Shown here piece after piece: positions 1-10,862 of a stretch of 64,000 nucleotides of DNA; position 1 is the stretch's first letter, and every line of letters begins with the position of its first letter. The notes beneath the pieces are model-generated. The model was not told the origin of the DNA and did not search any database. It saw only the letters and a program-made list of their open reading frames with translations. Location of the stretch: the NCBI GenBank assembly GCA_963764165.1, contig CAVXRD010000002.1, forward strand, positions 2,688,001 through 2,752,000, read 5' to 3'. Source of the stretch: an uncultured Verrucomicrobiae bacterium (GTDB lineage Bacteria; Verrucomicrobiota; Verrucomicrobiia; Limisphaerales; Palsa-1400). The position numbers and the translations under genes were made by a program.

Positions 1-800
1 CCGGATTTGCGCCATTGGCCGGGGCTGCTTCCAAATCGCCGCTTGAAGCAAGTATTGAAGAGGCCCAAGTGATTGAATCCGCACTGCTCGGCGACGTTGA
101 TCACTTTCGTCTCCGGATTGCGCAGGAGCGACACAGCTTTCAACAATCGCATCTCCATGCGCAGGGCCGCCACGGAATAACCAAAATGCTGGTGAAATAG
201 CCTGTTGAGGTGGCGCCGGCTGCAGCCAAATTTGGCAGCCAGATCCCCCACCGACAGCGTCAGCAGCTCATCGACCGAAAGCGCTTCAAAAACCTTTATC
301 ACCCGCTCATCCGCGCCAAACACGACGTTGCGCTGCGACCGCGCAGAGCTCAATTCTTCAGTAATCACGGCAGCGGCAACTCTGACCAGCTGGCTTCGGT
401 GGTCTACATTTCCTTCCGGCGGCGCGCTTTCCACCAAGCGATGGCATTCCTGCGCCACGGCGCTCGAAGCAGCGTAATGTTTGCAATGGGTCAGATCATC
501 AACGATTCCCTGCAAAAGACAAATTTCCTCGGCCGAGAAGAGCGGCAACAGGTGCTCGAAGCAGACCGTGAACTGCCAAAAAATCATCTCCCCGCCAGGA
601 ACCAGATTTGCCGACGGCCCCGGGCTCGAGACAATAACGTCGCCGGCGTTCACATGGACACGCTGAGACCGGGATTGGTAGACGCCGCTGCCGCCCTTGA
701 GCAGAATGAAAGACAATCCCTCTGCTGTGTCCTTCCAGTCGTTGGGGCGTTGCAGACGCACTAAGCGCAAGGTCAAATATTGCTTTTTTGTTGTCGACAT
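1..800 (-). CDS. AraC-family transcriptional regulator (3' end runs off the window)
   Basis: Not in the ORF track. Manual translation from ATG 800: MSTTKKQYLTLRLVRL...SVGDLAAKFGCSRRHLNRLFHQHFG...RLLKAVSLLRNPETKVINVAEQCGFNHLGLFNTCFKRRFGSSPGQWR, a double-HTH AraC signature. Confidence 0.9.
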   Translation of the reverse strand, partial: MSTTKKQYLTLRLVRLQRPNDWKDTAEGLSFILLKGGSGVYQSRSQRVHVNAGDVIVSSPGPSANLVPGGEMIFWQFTVCFEHLLPLFSAEEICLLQGIVDDLTHCKHYAASSAVAQECHRLVESAPPEGNVDHRSQLVRVAAAVITEELSSARSQRNVVFGADERVIKVFEALSVDELLTLSVGDLAAKFGCSRRHLNRLFHQHFGYSVAALRMEMRLLKAVSLLRNPETKVINVAEQCGFNHLGLFNTCFKRRFGSSPGQWRKS

Positions 801-1937
801 CAGGCCCTCTCAATCACTTTGAGAAATTTGGTTTTGATTGCTTATTTCCTGAAAGCTCGCCTATAGCTGCGCCAACTTGCGCCCAACAGTTTGCACTTGC
901 CACATGATCTTCCAAGCAAAAACTCTTTGCGGACTCTTCAGCCAATACATAGTTCAGCCAAGGCACTGCGCTCTTGGGACTCTAACATTCAAGTCCCTTC
1001 GGAACTGTCTGTTCTCTGAGCAAAGGTCGGGCCAATGTCCAAAAATTGGAATGTAAATTTCTAATGCGCTGAACTCAAGACAGTTATGCCCAGCCTAGGG
1101 GCATTATTAGCGTTGCGAAAACCCGTTTATTTGCCGTTTTGAATGCACAAATCTGAGACAGCGAGCATGGCGATCACCAAGATGTCGCAATTCAGCCATC
1201 CAGATTTAACAAATCGCCCTTGGCAGCCCTCTGGGCGTCCCAAACATCCGCTCCTGGCTTCCTCGTTAAAACCAGTATAGGCACTATTTCAATAGTCGCC
1301 ACCGGCGGGAGAACAAAACCGAGCTGATCCTTCGGATTTCGCCAAATCCGAGCCATGATGATTGCAAACGATTTATAAGCAATCCCTTATGATAGAATGA
1401 AGATATAAATCTAACACCGCGCCCCAAGAGCAAAACGTCAAATATGCCGACAACCAAATTTGCAAGAATGCGAAGAAAGCGTGGATGGATCAAGGTCGAC
1501 CGCGCAAAATTAATGGCATTATTGGGCTGGCCTAAACGTGTATTTGTCTTCAGCCATATCGACCCCAAAATCGGAAATCATTCGTGTTTCTGCCAAGCAC
1601 CGGGAGAAAACGGACATGAATTTCAGGCGGCGGCGACGCCAGGGGCGCGATATTAGTGCCGCCATTGATTATCTGGGCCAGTGATCGATCAGCCGGCCAG
1701 AGAATGGAGGGGCATCGGAAGGCCGTCCACTTCAAGAATTTCTGAACCGCCCAAACCTGCTTCTTGTTGTCCCAAAAACGCACTAACATGGCCCATCCCC
1801 GCATAGCGTCAAAATTGGAATGGGGTTAAATTTCCTCGCAGTGTGGCGAAAAGTGCGTCTTTGCGCAGGAATTTCGCAGTTTTAATTCAGTGAGCCAAGG
1901 CGTCTATGCAAGAGACGGCCGGACGGGAAACCGTTTT

Positions 1938-2816
1938 ATGTTGAAAAGTCAGAAATTGATCGTGCATGGCGCCCTGATTGGGGCTTTTTGTTTTGCCGCG
2001 CAACAAAGCGCTCAGGCTACACTTTCGTATACGATTTCGAATGGATACGTCGGCGGAGCCACTGAAAGCGGCTACGCGGACCTGCAAGTGGTCAACATCT
2101 CTCTGGACAACTCAGGGCCGATGAGCGTGTTTTGTGGAGGCATTCAAATCAGCGAGGCCGGAGCGCCAGTGGCGGGCATGCCGACGCAGTATACAACCGT
2201 TTGCACGGATCTTAACGCGACGCTCTATCTCGGCGACACCTATACCTACAACCGGACGGCCTCGTTCAGCGGGCTGGCGGGAATCGATCCGACGTGGGGC
2301 GCCGCGAATGGTTTGCAGGCTGCTTCCATTAATGCGCAGAACGCGACGCAGTCCATTGAGAATGCCGCTTACATATTTTACAATTTCGGCCAATTGAACA
2401 CCCGGGGAATAAACGGATCCGCAGACCAGATGGCTGGTTTGCAGCTGGCGGTCTGGCTTGCCCTTTATGACACCACCACGTCGGGACAAGTGGTCGTGGG
2501 TGGCAGCTCCCGAATGCAGATTTCAGGAAACGGAGGAGACACTGCGGCGGTGACCGACGCGTTAGATTATCTTTCCGCCTTGAACCAGTCCGGCCACGCC
2601 GGGAATTTTTCGTATGACGGCGGTATTCTGGTGCCGAACCCGGAGACATCCGACAATGGCAGCCCCTACAACAATTCCAATTACGACAATCAACCGCCGC
2701 AGGAATTGCTGGTCGCGGTTCCGGAGCCTTCCACATTCGTTGGCGGCGCACTGTCGCTGATGCCCTTGGGCTTGGCTGGGCTCCGGTTCATCCGGACCCG
2801 GGCAACGGCAAAGTAA
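1938..2816 (+). CDS. Secreted PEP-CTERM surface protein
   Basis: Signal peptide, then C-terminal VPEPST + hydrophobic helix + basic tail (RFIRTR). ATG 1938 preferred over GTG 1890. Confidence 0.85.
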   Translation: MLKSQKLIVHGALIGAFCFAAQQSAQATLSYTISNGYVGGATESGYADLQVVNISLDNSGPMSVFCGGIQISEAGAPVAGMPTQYTTVCTDLNATLYLGDTYTYNRTASFSGLAGIDPTWGAANGLQAASINAQNATQSIENAAYIFYNFGQLNTRGINGSADQMAGLQLAVWLALYDTTTSGQVVVGGSSRMQISGNGGDTAAVTDALDYLSALNQSGHAGNFSYDGGILVPNPETSDNGSPYNNSNYDNQPPQELLVAVPEPSTFVGGALSLMPLGLAGLRFIRTRATAK

Positions 2817-2975
2817 GCCAGCTTTCGGTGGGGGCCGGAAATCGGATCTGAAACCAAGTTCCTGGCTCCGCGTTTGTCGGCCAGCCTCTTCTACCGATAA
2901 GGTGTCGGGAGCGGTTTAATTCAATCACGTCATAGCAAAGGCCATCCGGCTTCGCCGACTCCATTCATGTCCGAC

Positions 2976-3092
2976 GGGTGCGGAACAAAATTTTTCCGCC
3001 GCTCTGGGGGACGAGGCAACTCGCCTCCACCGGCAAATTCAGCGGGGGGGACGCCGCTGCCACGCTTTTCGTGAAGATTTTGTCCTGCGCCC
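2976..3092. repeat. MITE-like element, family C (ends GGGTGCGGAACAAAAT / ATTTTGTCCTGCGCCC) with an internal REP-like pair
   Basis: Imperfect terminal inverted repeat; homologous copy at 36021-36147. Confidence 0.65.
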
Positions 3093-3197
3093 GGTCCCAA
3101 TAAAAAGCGATAAATGCGCTTTGAATTCCGAGGCTCGTCGCTTAAATTCGGGCAAATCCTTAATGGAGTCCCGCCATTAAGCATTGTTTACTGAGGC

Positions 3198-3869
3198 ATG
3201 AAACAACGCGCGCGCGCAAAATTGCGAAAGGTCTTTCTGGTTGAAGACCATCCGGTGTATGCCGAAGGGCTGGTTGAGATCGTTGAAAACGAACCCGATC
3301 TGTCTTTCTGCGGACAAGCTTTCACTGCCGAAGATGCTTTGCGGGCAATCCCCCGCCTCCAGCCGGACTTGGTGCTTATCGACATCACTCTGCCGGGAAT
3401 GAGTGGGCTGGATTTAATCAAAGCGCTCCGGCCAAAGTTCCCCGCGATGAAACTTCTGGTCATATCCATGCGGGAGGAACAGCTCTACGCAGCCCGGGTG
3501 TTGCGAGCCGGCGGCGACGGCTATGTGATGAAGCATCAGGGCGCCGAGGAGATTATTGATGCGATTCGTGATTTGCTCGCCGGGCGCTTGCACGTGAGCG
3601 AATCCATCATCTCAGGCAATTTTAAAAGCGCCGACCCAAAGACGCAGCCTCGCAAACGGCCGATTGACCGGCTGAGCGATCTGGAGCTGGAAATCCTTGG
3701 ATTGCTGGGCGCTGGAAAAAGCAATCCCGAGATCGCCTCGCAATTGAATATAAAATCCAAAAATCTGCCGGGGCATTTTGCCGAGATGCAAAAGAAACTT
3801 CGTTTGAAGAGCATCAACTCGCTGATTCGATACGCTGTCTGCTGGGCCGGCGCGGGCGAGGCTGATTAG
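3198..3869 (+). CDS. NarL/LuxR-family response regulator
   Basis: REC domain (VEDH, LIDITLP, YVMK) plus LuxR HTH (LSDLELEILGLLGAGKSNPEIASQL). Confidence 0.92.
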   Translation: MKQRARAKLRKVFLVEDHPVYAEGLVEIVENEPDLSFCGQAFTAEDALRAIPRLQPDLVLIDITLPGMSGLDLIKALRPKFPAMKLLVISMREEQLYAARVLRAGGDGYVMKHQGAEEIIDAIRDLLAGRLHVSESIISGNFKSADPKTQPRKRPIDRLSDLELEILGLLGAGKSNPEIASQLNIKSKNLPGHFAEMQKKLRLKSINSLIRYAVCWAGAGEAD

Positions 3870-3874
3870 GCGAA

Positions 3875-5386
3875 TTAAGCCACCCCCTGGCGCGGCTTGC
3901 GATCGGCCAATGGAATGCGCACGGTGATGGCGGTGCCTTCATTCGGCTTTGAAACAAATGCGCAGGTTCCTCCCAGCGCGGAAGTCCGTTCCCTGATGCT
4001 CGACAAGCCGATGCCCCGCCGCCGATCACCATCGGATGATTCGGCAGCGGTCGTGTCAAATCCACAGCCGTCGTCGCGAATGCTGGCGCGCACCTCATTT
4101 GCCTCAACCACAATCCGCACGCGGACCAATTTGGCTTTGGCGTGTTTCTCGATATTGTTGAGCGCCTCCTGCACCACGCGAAACAGGCCCAGGTCGATAT
4201 TCGGGGGAAGGGTGCTGCCATTCTGCACGAACCTGTACTTTACAACAAGCCTTGTTCGCGATTCCAGTTCGTTGCACAAGTTGCGGCAGGCGGCGCTCAA
4301 CCCGAGTTCATCGAGGTCGCCGGGGCGGAGATTTCTGGCGATGCGCCGGTTCTCGTCCAACGCCTGCACCAGCAGCAATTGGCACCGGGACAGAATTTCG
4401 GCGGCGACGGGGTTCTGCGCCCCCACCAGCTCATGAACGCGCCGGAGGCGCATCGTCGCGGCAGCGATGACTTGGATCACGCCGTCGTGCAATTCACGCG
4501 CGACTCGGGACCGTTCGGCTTCTTGCGCTTCAGTGATGCGCCGCGGCAGGCCACGCAGTTTTTCCTCCAGGCGCTTGTGGTCCGTCACGTCACGCGCGGC
4601 CATGATCAGGCCCAGGTTCTCTCCGCCTGGTGAGAGAGACATCGTTATATTCGTCTCCACTGGAAAACTGCGGCCGTCGCGGCGCACGAATTCGTACTCG
4701 GCGGCTTTCACCTCGCCGGTTTTGAACGAGGATATGTCTGCGCGAAAGCGGTCTCGGTCCGTCGGGTGGACGAAATCAAAGATGCTTTTCAGGTGCAGCT
4801 CGTCGATGTTCCCGTATCCCAGCATCACCGCCGTCCATTGATTCAGCCCGGAAACTCGAAACTCAGGATCGATGGTCGCGATGGAGTCCGGCAGAATTTG
4901 CACCAGTCTCCGGTAATGCTGCTCGCTCTCGCGCAGCGCTGCCGCTGTCTCGGCCAGCCGCGCGATGGAGCGAACCCGCGCCAAAAACTCTTTCGCCGCC
5001 ACTGGCTTATGAAGGTACTCGTCAGCGCCGATCGCCAGCCCGCCCGCCGTCTGATCCGCGCTGATCGCTTCCCCAGAAATGAGGATAACGAATACATCGC
5101 GGGATTTTGGGTCTGCCTTGATGCGTTGGCAAACGTCGATCCCGCTTATGTCCGGCAGCCCGACGTCGAGCACCACCAGATCCGGTTTCCATTCCAGCAC
5201 CGCCTTCAGCGCCTGGGCGCCATCCGTGACGGCCAAAACATCAAAGCCGCCCTTGATGAGGACTTGAGAAAAAACCTCCAGGATCGACTCATAATCATCC
5301 ACTATAAGCACACGCGTCTTTCGGCGCGGCGGATTATGAGCCCCCTCGCTGCTATTGGGGCCATTGGTCTTTGGAGATGGTGTCAT
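3875..5386 (-). CDS. Hybrid sensor histidine kinase REC-PAS-HisKA_3-HATPase
   Basis: N-terminal REC, PAS (FVHPTDR), ERSRVARELHD H-box, QEALNNIEKHA, DDGCGF, GIGLSSIRER. Confidence 0.92.
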   Translation of the reverse strand: MTPSPKTNGPNSSEGAHNPPRRKTRVLIVDDYESILEVFSQVLIKGGFDVLAVTDGAQALKAVLEWKPDLVVLDVGLPDISGIDVCQRIKADPKSRDVFVILISGEAISADQTAGGLAIGADEYLHKPVAAKEFLARVRSIARLAETAAALRESEQHYRRLVQILPDSIATIDPEFRVSGLNQWTAVMLGYGNIDELHLKSIFDFVHPTDRDRFRADISSFKTGEVKAAEYEFVRRDGRSFPVETNITMSLSPGGENLGLIMAARDVTDHKRLEEKLRGLPRRITEAQEAERSRVARELHDGVIQVIAAATMRLRRVHELVGAQNPVAAEILSRCQLLLVQALDENRRIARNLRPGDLDELGLSAACRNLCNELESRTRLVVKYRFVQNGSTLPPNIDLGLFRVVQEALNNIEKHAKAKLVRVRIVVEANEVRASIRDDGCGFDTTAAESSDGDRRRGIGLSSIRERTSALGGTCAFVSKPNEGTAITVRIPLADRKPRQGVA

Positions 5387-5649
5387 GCTTGTTGAAAGCA
5401 GCACTGCAATTTTCTTGGCATGCCATCATAAATGCATGCAAGCCGCAAAGGGCAAGAAAAATGCAGTGCGCGCCATGAAAACGGTAAAAAAGCGCCGGGA
5501 GATTGAGCGTGATTCAATCGAATTCGAATCGCCCCTGAATTTTTCCACGAGATTTCCGCCGCATGCTGTCCGCATCATGCAGTTTGATGTCCCAAAGAAG
5601 ATAGACGGTCATCACTCCAGCCCGTAGCCTCCTAATTATCAACGATCCC

Positions 5650-6078
5650 ATGCAGAACAAAGAGGACCACGAAATTCCGGAAGCCGAAGCAACGAGTGCG
5701 CAAGTCAGCAATTCAATCCCAAAGACCGTCCTATTAGTGGACGACAGAATGGAATTGAGGTTCGTCACCAAAACCTATTTGGAGAATTTTGGATTTATCG
5801 TCCAGGTTGCGGGGAGCACGGCAGAGGCTCTTGCGCGATTCGATTCCAACAGCAACGATATCGTCGTCACGGACAACTCGATGACAGGGATGTCGAGCGT
5901 GGAGATGGCGCACGTGATTAAAATGCGCTCGCCATCCACGCCGATCATCATGTATTCGGGTTCCCGGCCGCGCGACCGTTCCTCTGTCGACGCCGTTATT
6001 TTAACGCCCTCGCCTTTGTCAGAACTAAAGCTGGCGATTGATGATGCGCTTTCGCGGAAAGAAGGCCCGAAGAGTTAA
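5650..6078 (+). CDS. Single-domain response regulator (atypical)
   Basis: LLVDD and VVTDNSM are present; the conserved Lys-Pro appears replaced by TP. Confidence 0.8.
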   Translation: MQNKEDHEIPEAEATSAQVSNSIPKTVLLVDDRMELRFVTKTYLENFGFIVQVAGSTAEALARFDSNSNDIVVTDNSMTGMSSVEMAHVIKMRSPSTPIIMYSGSRPRDRSSVDAVILTPSPLSELKLAIDDALSRKEGPKS

Positions 6079-6529
6079 TGTAAACCGCGCCCAATATCCC
6101 CACTGAGGAGACGCCCAGCAACATCGCCCCGGCTCCGATTTCGTTTGTTGCCAGCGCTTCGCCAAATCCAGGCGATGCCCGCAAGCGGACAAATCGCGAG
6201 CAAGGCAACAGGAACGATCGAACTCAGGAAAAGAGGCTTGGGGTCATTTTCCCGGCAATGGGAGCCTTGTGAATTGATGGGGCGATGAATGGAGTGGGAA
6301 GGATTTCGAATTAACGATGCGCGCGAACCCAGTTTTGGCCTCTTTTCATAAGCCCGGCCATTCGTGATTCAATTCTTCCCAATATTTCTTGAAAAAAGAG
6401 CGGCAAACACCAGGGAGATTTTCTCTTTCCAAATCAATGCGCCAAACTGGTTTCGTGGCTATTATGTCTGATGGGCAGTATTGAACACAGGCGAATGAGC
6501 GCGGAACTAACAACGAATCCCAGATTGCG

Positions 6530-7726
6530 ATGACAGCGGGCAAGCAGGAACCGATGCGCAAGGCGACGATCTGGCTGATGGCCAGCACAGTGGGAGTGGT
6601 TGTCGCCAATATTTATTATGCGCAACCGCTCCTGGCTGACATTGCGCGCACCTTTGGGCTTACCGTCACCCAGGCCGGTGCCATCGCCATGCTCAGCCAG
6701 GTGGGCACCGCGGCGGGGATGTTCCTTTTCGTGCCGCTGGGTGACAAGTTCGAGCGCCGCTCGCTCATTACCACCCTGATGATGGGCGCGTTTGCGGCGC
6801 TCCTGCTTTTCACCGTCTCACCGAATGTTGTCATGCTCGCATTCGCCAGCTTCACGGTGGGCGCTTTTTCGGCCAACGTGCATGTCGTGGTTCCCTTTGC
6901 CGCCCATCTTGCGTCGGATGAACAGCGGGGCCGTGTCGTCGGCACGATGGTGGGTGGAATTCTATTTGGGGTGCTGCTCGCGCGCACCTTCAGCGGATTA
7001 ATCGGAGCGTGGCTGGGCTGGCGCGCCGTGTATGGCATCGCATCCCTCGCCATCCTTGTTCTCGCAGGAATCCTGCGCGCGCAACTGCCCCAGAGCCGCC
7101 CGGCTCTTGTCCTCTCCTGGCCGGACTTGATGCGCTCCACGCTGCATCTGGTGCGCCGCCACGCGCGGCTGCGGGAATCGGCGCTGCTGGGCGCGATGTG
7201 CTTTTCGGCCTTCAGCGCCTTCTGGACAACGCTGATTTTCTTCCTGGCATCGCCAGCCTACCGCTACGGCAGCGCGGTGGCGGGCTTCTTCGGCCTCGTC
7301 GGGGCGGTTGGCGCAGCGGGCGCGCCCACCTTCGGCCATCTTGCCGCCAAGCACGGTCCTCGCGCCGTTATCCGCATCGCGCTGTGGCTCAGCCTGTTTT
7401 CCTTCGTATTGATGGGCTTCATCGGACGAAATTTTTTCGGGCTTATCCTCTCCGTGATTCTCATGGACTTGGGAATCCAGATTGCCCACATCTCGAACCA
7501 GACCCGCATTTACAGCATCGATCCGGCGGCGCGGAGCAGGCTCAACATGGTTTATATGTTCTGCTATTTCGCCGGCGGCGCCCTCGGCTCATACCTCGGC
7601 GCCGTCTGCTGGCACCATGGCGGATGGGCGGGCGTCTGCTCATTTGGAGCGGGGATCCTCTGCGTTGCGATTCTGGTGGAATGCCGTTACAACCGCTCGT
7701 TCAAGCAAGACGTCCCACTCAACTGA
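6530..7726 (+). CDS. MFS transporter
   Basis: About 12 hydrophobic segments, NIYYAQPLL and PLGDKFERR motifs. Confidence 0.9.
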   Translation: MTAGKQEPMRKATIWLMASTVGVVVANIYYAQPLLADIARTFGLTVTQAGAIAMLSQVGTAAGMFLFVPLGDKFERRSLITTLMMGAFAALLLFTVSPNVVMLAFASFTVGAFSANVHVVVPFAAHLASDEQRGRVVGTMVGGILFGVLLARTFSGLIGAWLGWRAVYGIASLAILVLAGILRAQLPQSRPALVLSWPDLMRSTLHLVRRHARLRESALLGAMCFSAFSAFWTTLIFFLASPAYRYGSAVAGFFGLVGAVGAAGAPTFGHLAAKHGPRAVIRIALWLSLFSFVLMGFIGRNFFGLILSVILMDLGIQIAHISNQTRIYSIDPAARSRLNMVYMFCYFAGGALGSYLGAVCWHHGGWAGVCSFGAGILCVAILVECRYNRSFKQDVPLN

Positions 7727-7737
7727 ATTGTTACCGG

Positions 7738-8805
7738 TTAGACCAATGACTTCAAATCGGCGAGGAAGGAATCGACATCGGCCTCAGTCGTGTCCCAGGC
7801 GCACATGAGGCGGCAGCCACCGCTGCCGATAAACGTGTAGAAGAGCCATCCCGTTTCCCGCAAGGCGCGAATCGCGGGAGCCGGGAGTTCGACGAAAACA
7901 GAATTGGCCTGGCGGGGAAAGAGGACCTTGGCGGTCAAGCCCTGCAATCCCGCTTCAAGCCTCGCTGCCATGTTGTTGGCTTGCGCGGCATGCCGCAGCC
8001 AGGCGTTGTCGCGCAGCATTCCCAGCCATGGCGCGGACAGATAGCGCATCTTCGAGGCAAGCTGCCCGGCTTGCTTGCAACGGTAAGCGAATTCCTCCGC
8101 GAGCTTGGTGTCGAAAAACACGACCGCATCGCCGACTCCCACGCCGTTCTTCGTGCCGCCAAAGCACAGAACATCCACTCCCGCCTGCCATGTTATCTCC
8201 TTTGGTTTGACACCGAGGGAGACAACGGCGTTGGCAAAGCGCGCCCCATCCATATGAATGCGCAAGCCCAGAGACTTGGCCACCGCCCAAATCGCTTTAA
8301 GCTCGTCGGGGGAATAAACGGTGCCGACTTCCGTCGCCTGCGTGAGACTGACAGCGCGCGGCTTCGGAAAATGAATGTCGGAGCGGCGCTGGACGACACG
8401 CTGGATGGAGTCCGGTGTCAATTTGCCGTCTGCGCCACCCACAGTGAGAACTTTGGTGCCGTTGGAAAAAAACTCCGGCGCGCCGCATTCATCGGTTTCG
8501 ATATGGGCCAGCTCATGGCAGATGATGCTGTGATAAGACTGGCACAGCGAGGCCAGCGAGAGAGAATTGGCTGCCGTGCCATTAAAAACGAAATACACCT
8601 CGCATCGAGTCTCGAAAATGTCGCGGATCAAGTCGGCGGCCTGATCTGTCCAAGGGTCATCCCCATAGGACGGGACGTGGCCTTGGTTGGCTTGTTCCAT
8701 CGCCGACCACGCTTCGGGACAAATCCCGGCGTAGTTATCGCTGGCGAACTGGCGGCGGACCGGCTTGCCGCCGGCCCGAAGATTTTTGTCTGTTTGTGAA
8801 GACAT
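7738..8805 (-). CDS. ltaE: Low-specificity L-threonine aldolase
   Basis: FASDNYAG, FNGTAAN, HMDGARFANA, FGGTKNG (PLP Lys), KQAGQLASKMR. Confidence 0.92.
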   Translation of the reverse strand: MSSQTDKNLRAGGKPVRRQFASDNYAGICPEAWSAMEQANQGHVPSYGDDPWTDQAADLIRDIFETRCEVYFVFNGTAANSLSLASLCQSYHSIICHELAHIETDECGAPEFFSNGTKVLTVGGADGKLTPDSIQRVVQRRSDIHFPKPRAVSLTQATEVGTVYSPDELKAIWAVAKSLGLRIHMDGARFANAVVSLGVKPKEITWQAGVDVLCFGGTKNGVGVGDAVVFFDTKLAEEFAYRCKQAGQLASKMRYLSAPWLGMLRDNAWLRHAAQANNMAARLEAGLQGLTAKVLFPRQANSVFVELPAPAIRALRETGWLFYTFIGSGGCRLMCAWDTTEADVDSFLADLKSLV

Positions 8806-9225
8806 GGAAACAATTCAACCAGAATCCCATTTTAATCCAAGCCCATAGGCGGTCGCCCCCCGGAAACAAATCGCCGAGGAGCATTTCCGAAAACAGCGAG
8901 GGCGGAAGCGTTGTGAACGTCAACTCGCCATGCAGCGCCCCAGCGTTGATAATCCGAGAGCAAGGGCAATTATGGCCTTCATTTTGTGGTCAACAAATCC
9001 AGAATCCGTTGCCGGGTTTGACGGGGGGCAGGACAAATTCGGTGAGCTTGGTTCAGGGTCAATCCAGCTTTTTGGCTGCCGCGCTCATGTGCCCATTGTG
9101 GCCTTTCGTCAAACCTCATGAAAACGCGGTTCAAGATTGATTTCCACCGCGGGGCAGCGCGCCGCGGCATCTGTTGTCCAGACAGTAAAATATACTTGCC
9201 AGAATGCTCAGTTTAAGGCATCTTA

Positions 9226-9636
9226 ATGCAAGACCGACATATTATGGACAGCAAACCCACTCGGCACGCCCCCGCCGGTTCGGTATTCGTCGTGGATGAC
9301 AACGCAATGCTCGTGGAGCTTGCCGCGACGGTTCTGGAATCCGCAGGGTATTGCGTCAATCAATTCCTCGACCCGGCGGAAGCGCTGCTAGCCATGAAGT
9401 CCGCCAATCCGAAGCCCGCCGTGCTGGTGACTGATTACGATATGAAGGGCATGAACGGACTGGATTTGATCAATTTTTCGCACAAGGTTCATCCTGCCCT
9501 GAAAACGATACTTGTCAGCGGGTCGGTGGACAGTTCGGTCACGGCCACGCACGTGGCGCAAGTGGATCGCTTTCTGGGAAAACCTTACGGCCCGGCCGAG
9601 TTGCAGAGCCTCGTTGCCCAATTGATGCGGGTTTGA
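9226..9636 (+). CDS. Single-domain response regulator (CheY-like)
   Basis: VVDD, LVTDYDMKGMNG, LVSG, FLGKP. Confidence 0.88.
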   Translation: MQDRHIMDSKPTRHAPAGSVFVVDDNAMLVELAATVLESAGYCVNQFLDPAEALLAMKSANPKPAVLVTDYDMKGMNGLDLINFSHKVHPALKTILVSGSVDSSVTATHVAQVDRFLGKPYGPAELQSLVAQLMRV

Positions 9637-9691
9637 CCCGCCCCGCCGCCTCGCTTTAGTCTTCCTCGCGGCTGGCCGTTCAGCCGAATTC

Positions 9692-10861
9692 ATGGCTCTG
9701 AAACCTGTCAAACGACGCCTTGTAGCCCGCGCGGCCCCTGCCGCGCAGTCAGAGGATGTCAAATATATGCGGCTCGCGCTCAGCCTGGCGCGGAGAGGAT
9801 TTGGCCGCACCTCGCCCAATCCCATGGTAGGCGCGGTGCTCGTTTCAAAGAATACCATCATCGGCAAAGGCTGGCACCAGCGCGCGGGCGAGGCGCATGC
9901 AGAAATCCATGCGCTTCGTGACGCTCAAGGCAAGCGGCGAAATCCAAGCGGCGGGACTTTATACGTGACGCTCGAACCGTGCTGCACGCATGGCAGGACG
10001 CCTCCGTGCACCGAGACCATCGTTCGCTCGGGCATCCGGCGCGTGGTCGTTGCCGCCACGGACCCAAACCCGGCCCATGCCGGGCGCGCCTTTGAAATTC
10101 TGCGCAAAGCCGGCATTGAAGCGGCCCACGGCGTCCTGGCGGACGAAGCCAGCGAATTAAACGCCGCCTTCAACCACTGGATTGTTCATCGCACCCCGCT
10201 TGTCACGGTAAAGGCCGGGATGTCGCTCGATGGAAAAATCGCCACCGCTGCCGGAGAATCACGGTGGATCACAAGCGAAGCATCGCGAGCCGCCGGAATG
10301 AAATTGCGAGCCGGAGCGGACGCCATCGTTGTTGGAGTCAATACGATTATCGTGGATGACCCGAGCTTGACTATTCGATTGAAGGGCTTCGAAAACAAAC
10401 GGTGGCGCCGAATTATTCTTGATCCGCGCGCCCGTATTCCGCCTGGCGCTAAAGTGCTCACGGATGGCAAATGCGAGACGCTCATTGTTACGACGAATAC
10501 CGCGCCGGAACGGAGGCCGAAGGCGCTGGCAAAATTCGCGACCGTCTTAAATGCGCCGGTGCGCGATGGCAGCATCGACCTGAAATGGCTGCTGCGAAAA
10601 TTGGGCGCATTGGAAATAACTTCTCTGCTCGTCGAAGGCGGCGGCGAGACGAATGCTTCGTTTCTCGAGGCGGGATTGGCGCATCGCGTGGCTTTCTTCT
10701 ACGCCCCGCTGGTGATTGGCGGGCGGAGCGCGCCCAAAGCCGTCGGCGGGACCGGCGCTCAAACCATCGGCGGCGCAATCAAACTGCTCGAACCGCGCTG
10801 GCGCAAGATCGGCGCGGATGTTTTATTGACCGCGCGCGTCAACAACGGGGGCGCGAAATAA
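9692..10861 (+). CDS. ribD: Riboflavin biosynthesis deaminase/reductase
   Basis: PNPMVGAV, HAE, TLEPCCTHGRTPPC, SLDGKIA, LLVEGG. Confidence 0.96.
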   Translation: MALKPVKRRLVARAAPAAQSEDVKYMRLALSLARRGFGRTSPNPMVGAVLVSKNTIIGKGWHQRAGEAHAEIHALRDAQGKRRNPSGGTLYVTLEPCCTHGRTPPCTETIVRSGIRRVVVAATDPNPAHAGRAFEILRKAGIEAAHGVLADEASELNAAFNHWIVHRTPLVTVKAGMSLDGKIATAAGESRWITSEASRAAGMKLRAGADAIVVGVNTIIVDDPSLTIRLKGFENKRWRRIILDPRARIPPGAKVLTDGKCETLIVTTNTAPERRPKALAKFATVLNAPVRDGSIDLKWLLRKLGALEITSLLVEGGGETNASFLEAGLAHRVAFFYAPLVIGGRSAPKAVGGTGAQTIGGAIKLLEPRWRKIGADVLLTARVNNGGAK

Positions 10862-10862
10862 T

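Noticed and set aside
15..764. Plus-strand ORFs 15-200, 205-477 and 210-764
   Set aside because: Antisense shadows of the AraC gene on the - strand.
9637..9691. FMN riboswitch upstream of ribD
   Set aside because: Only about 55 bp of intergenic space and no recognisable RFN motif.
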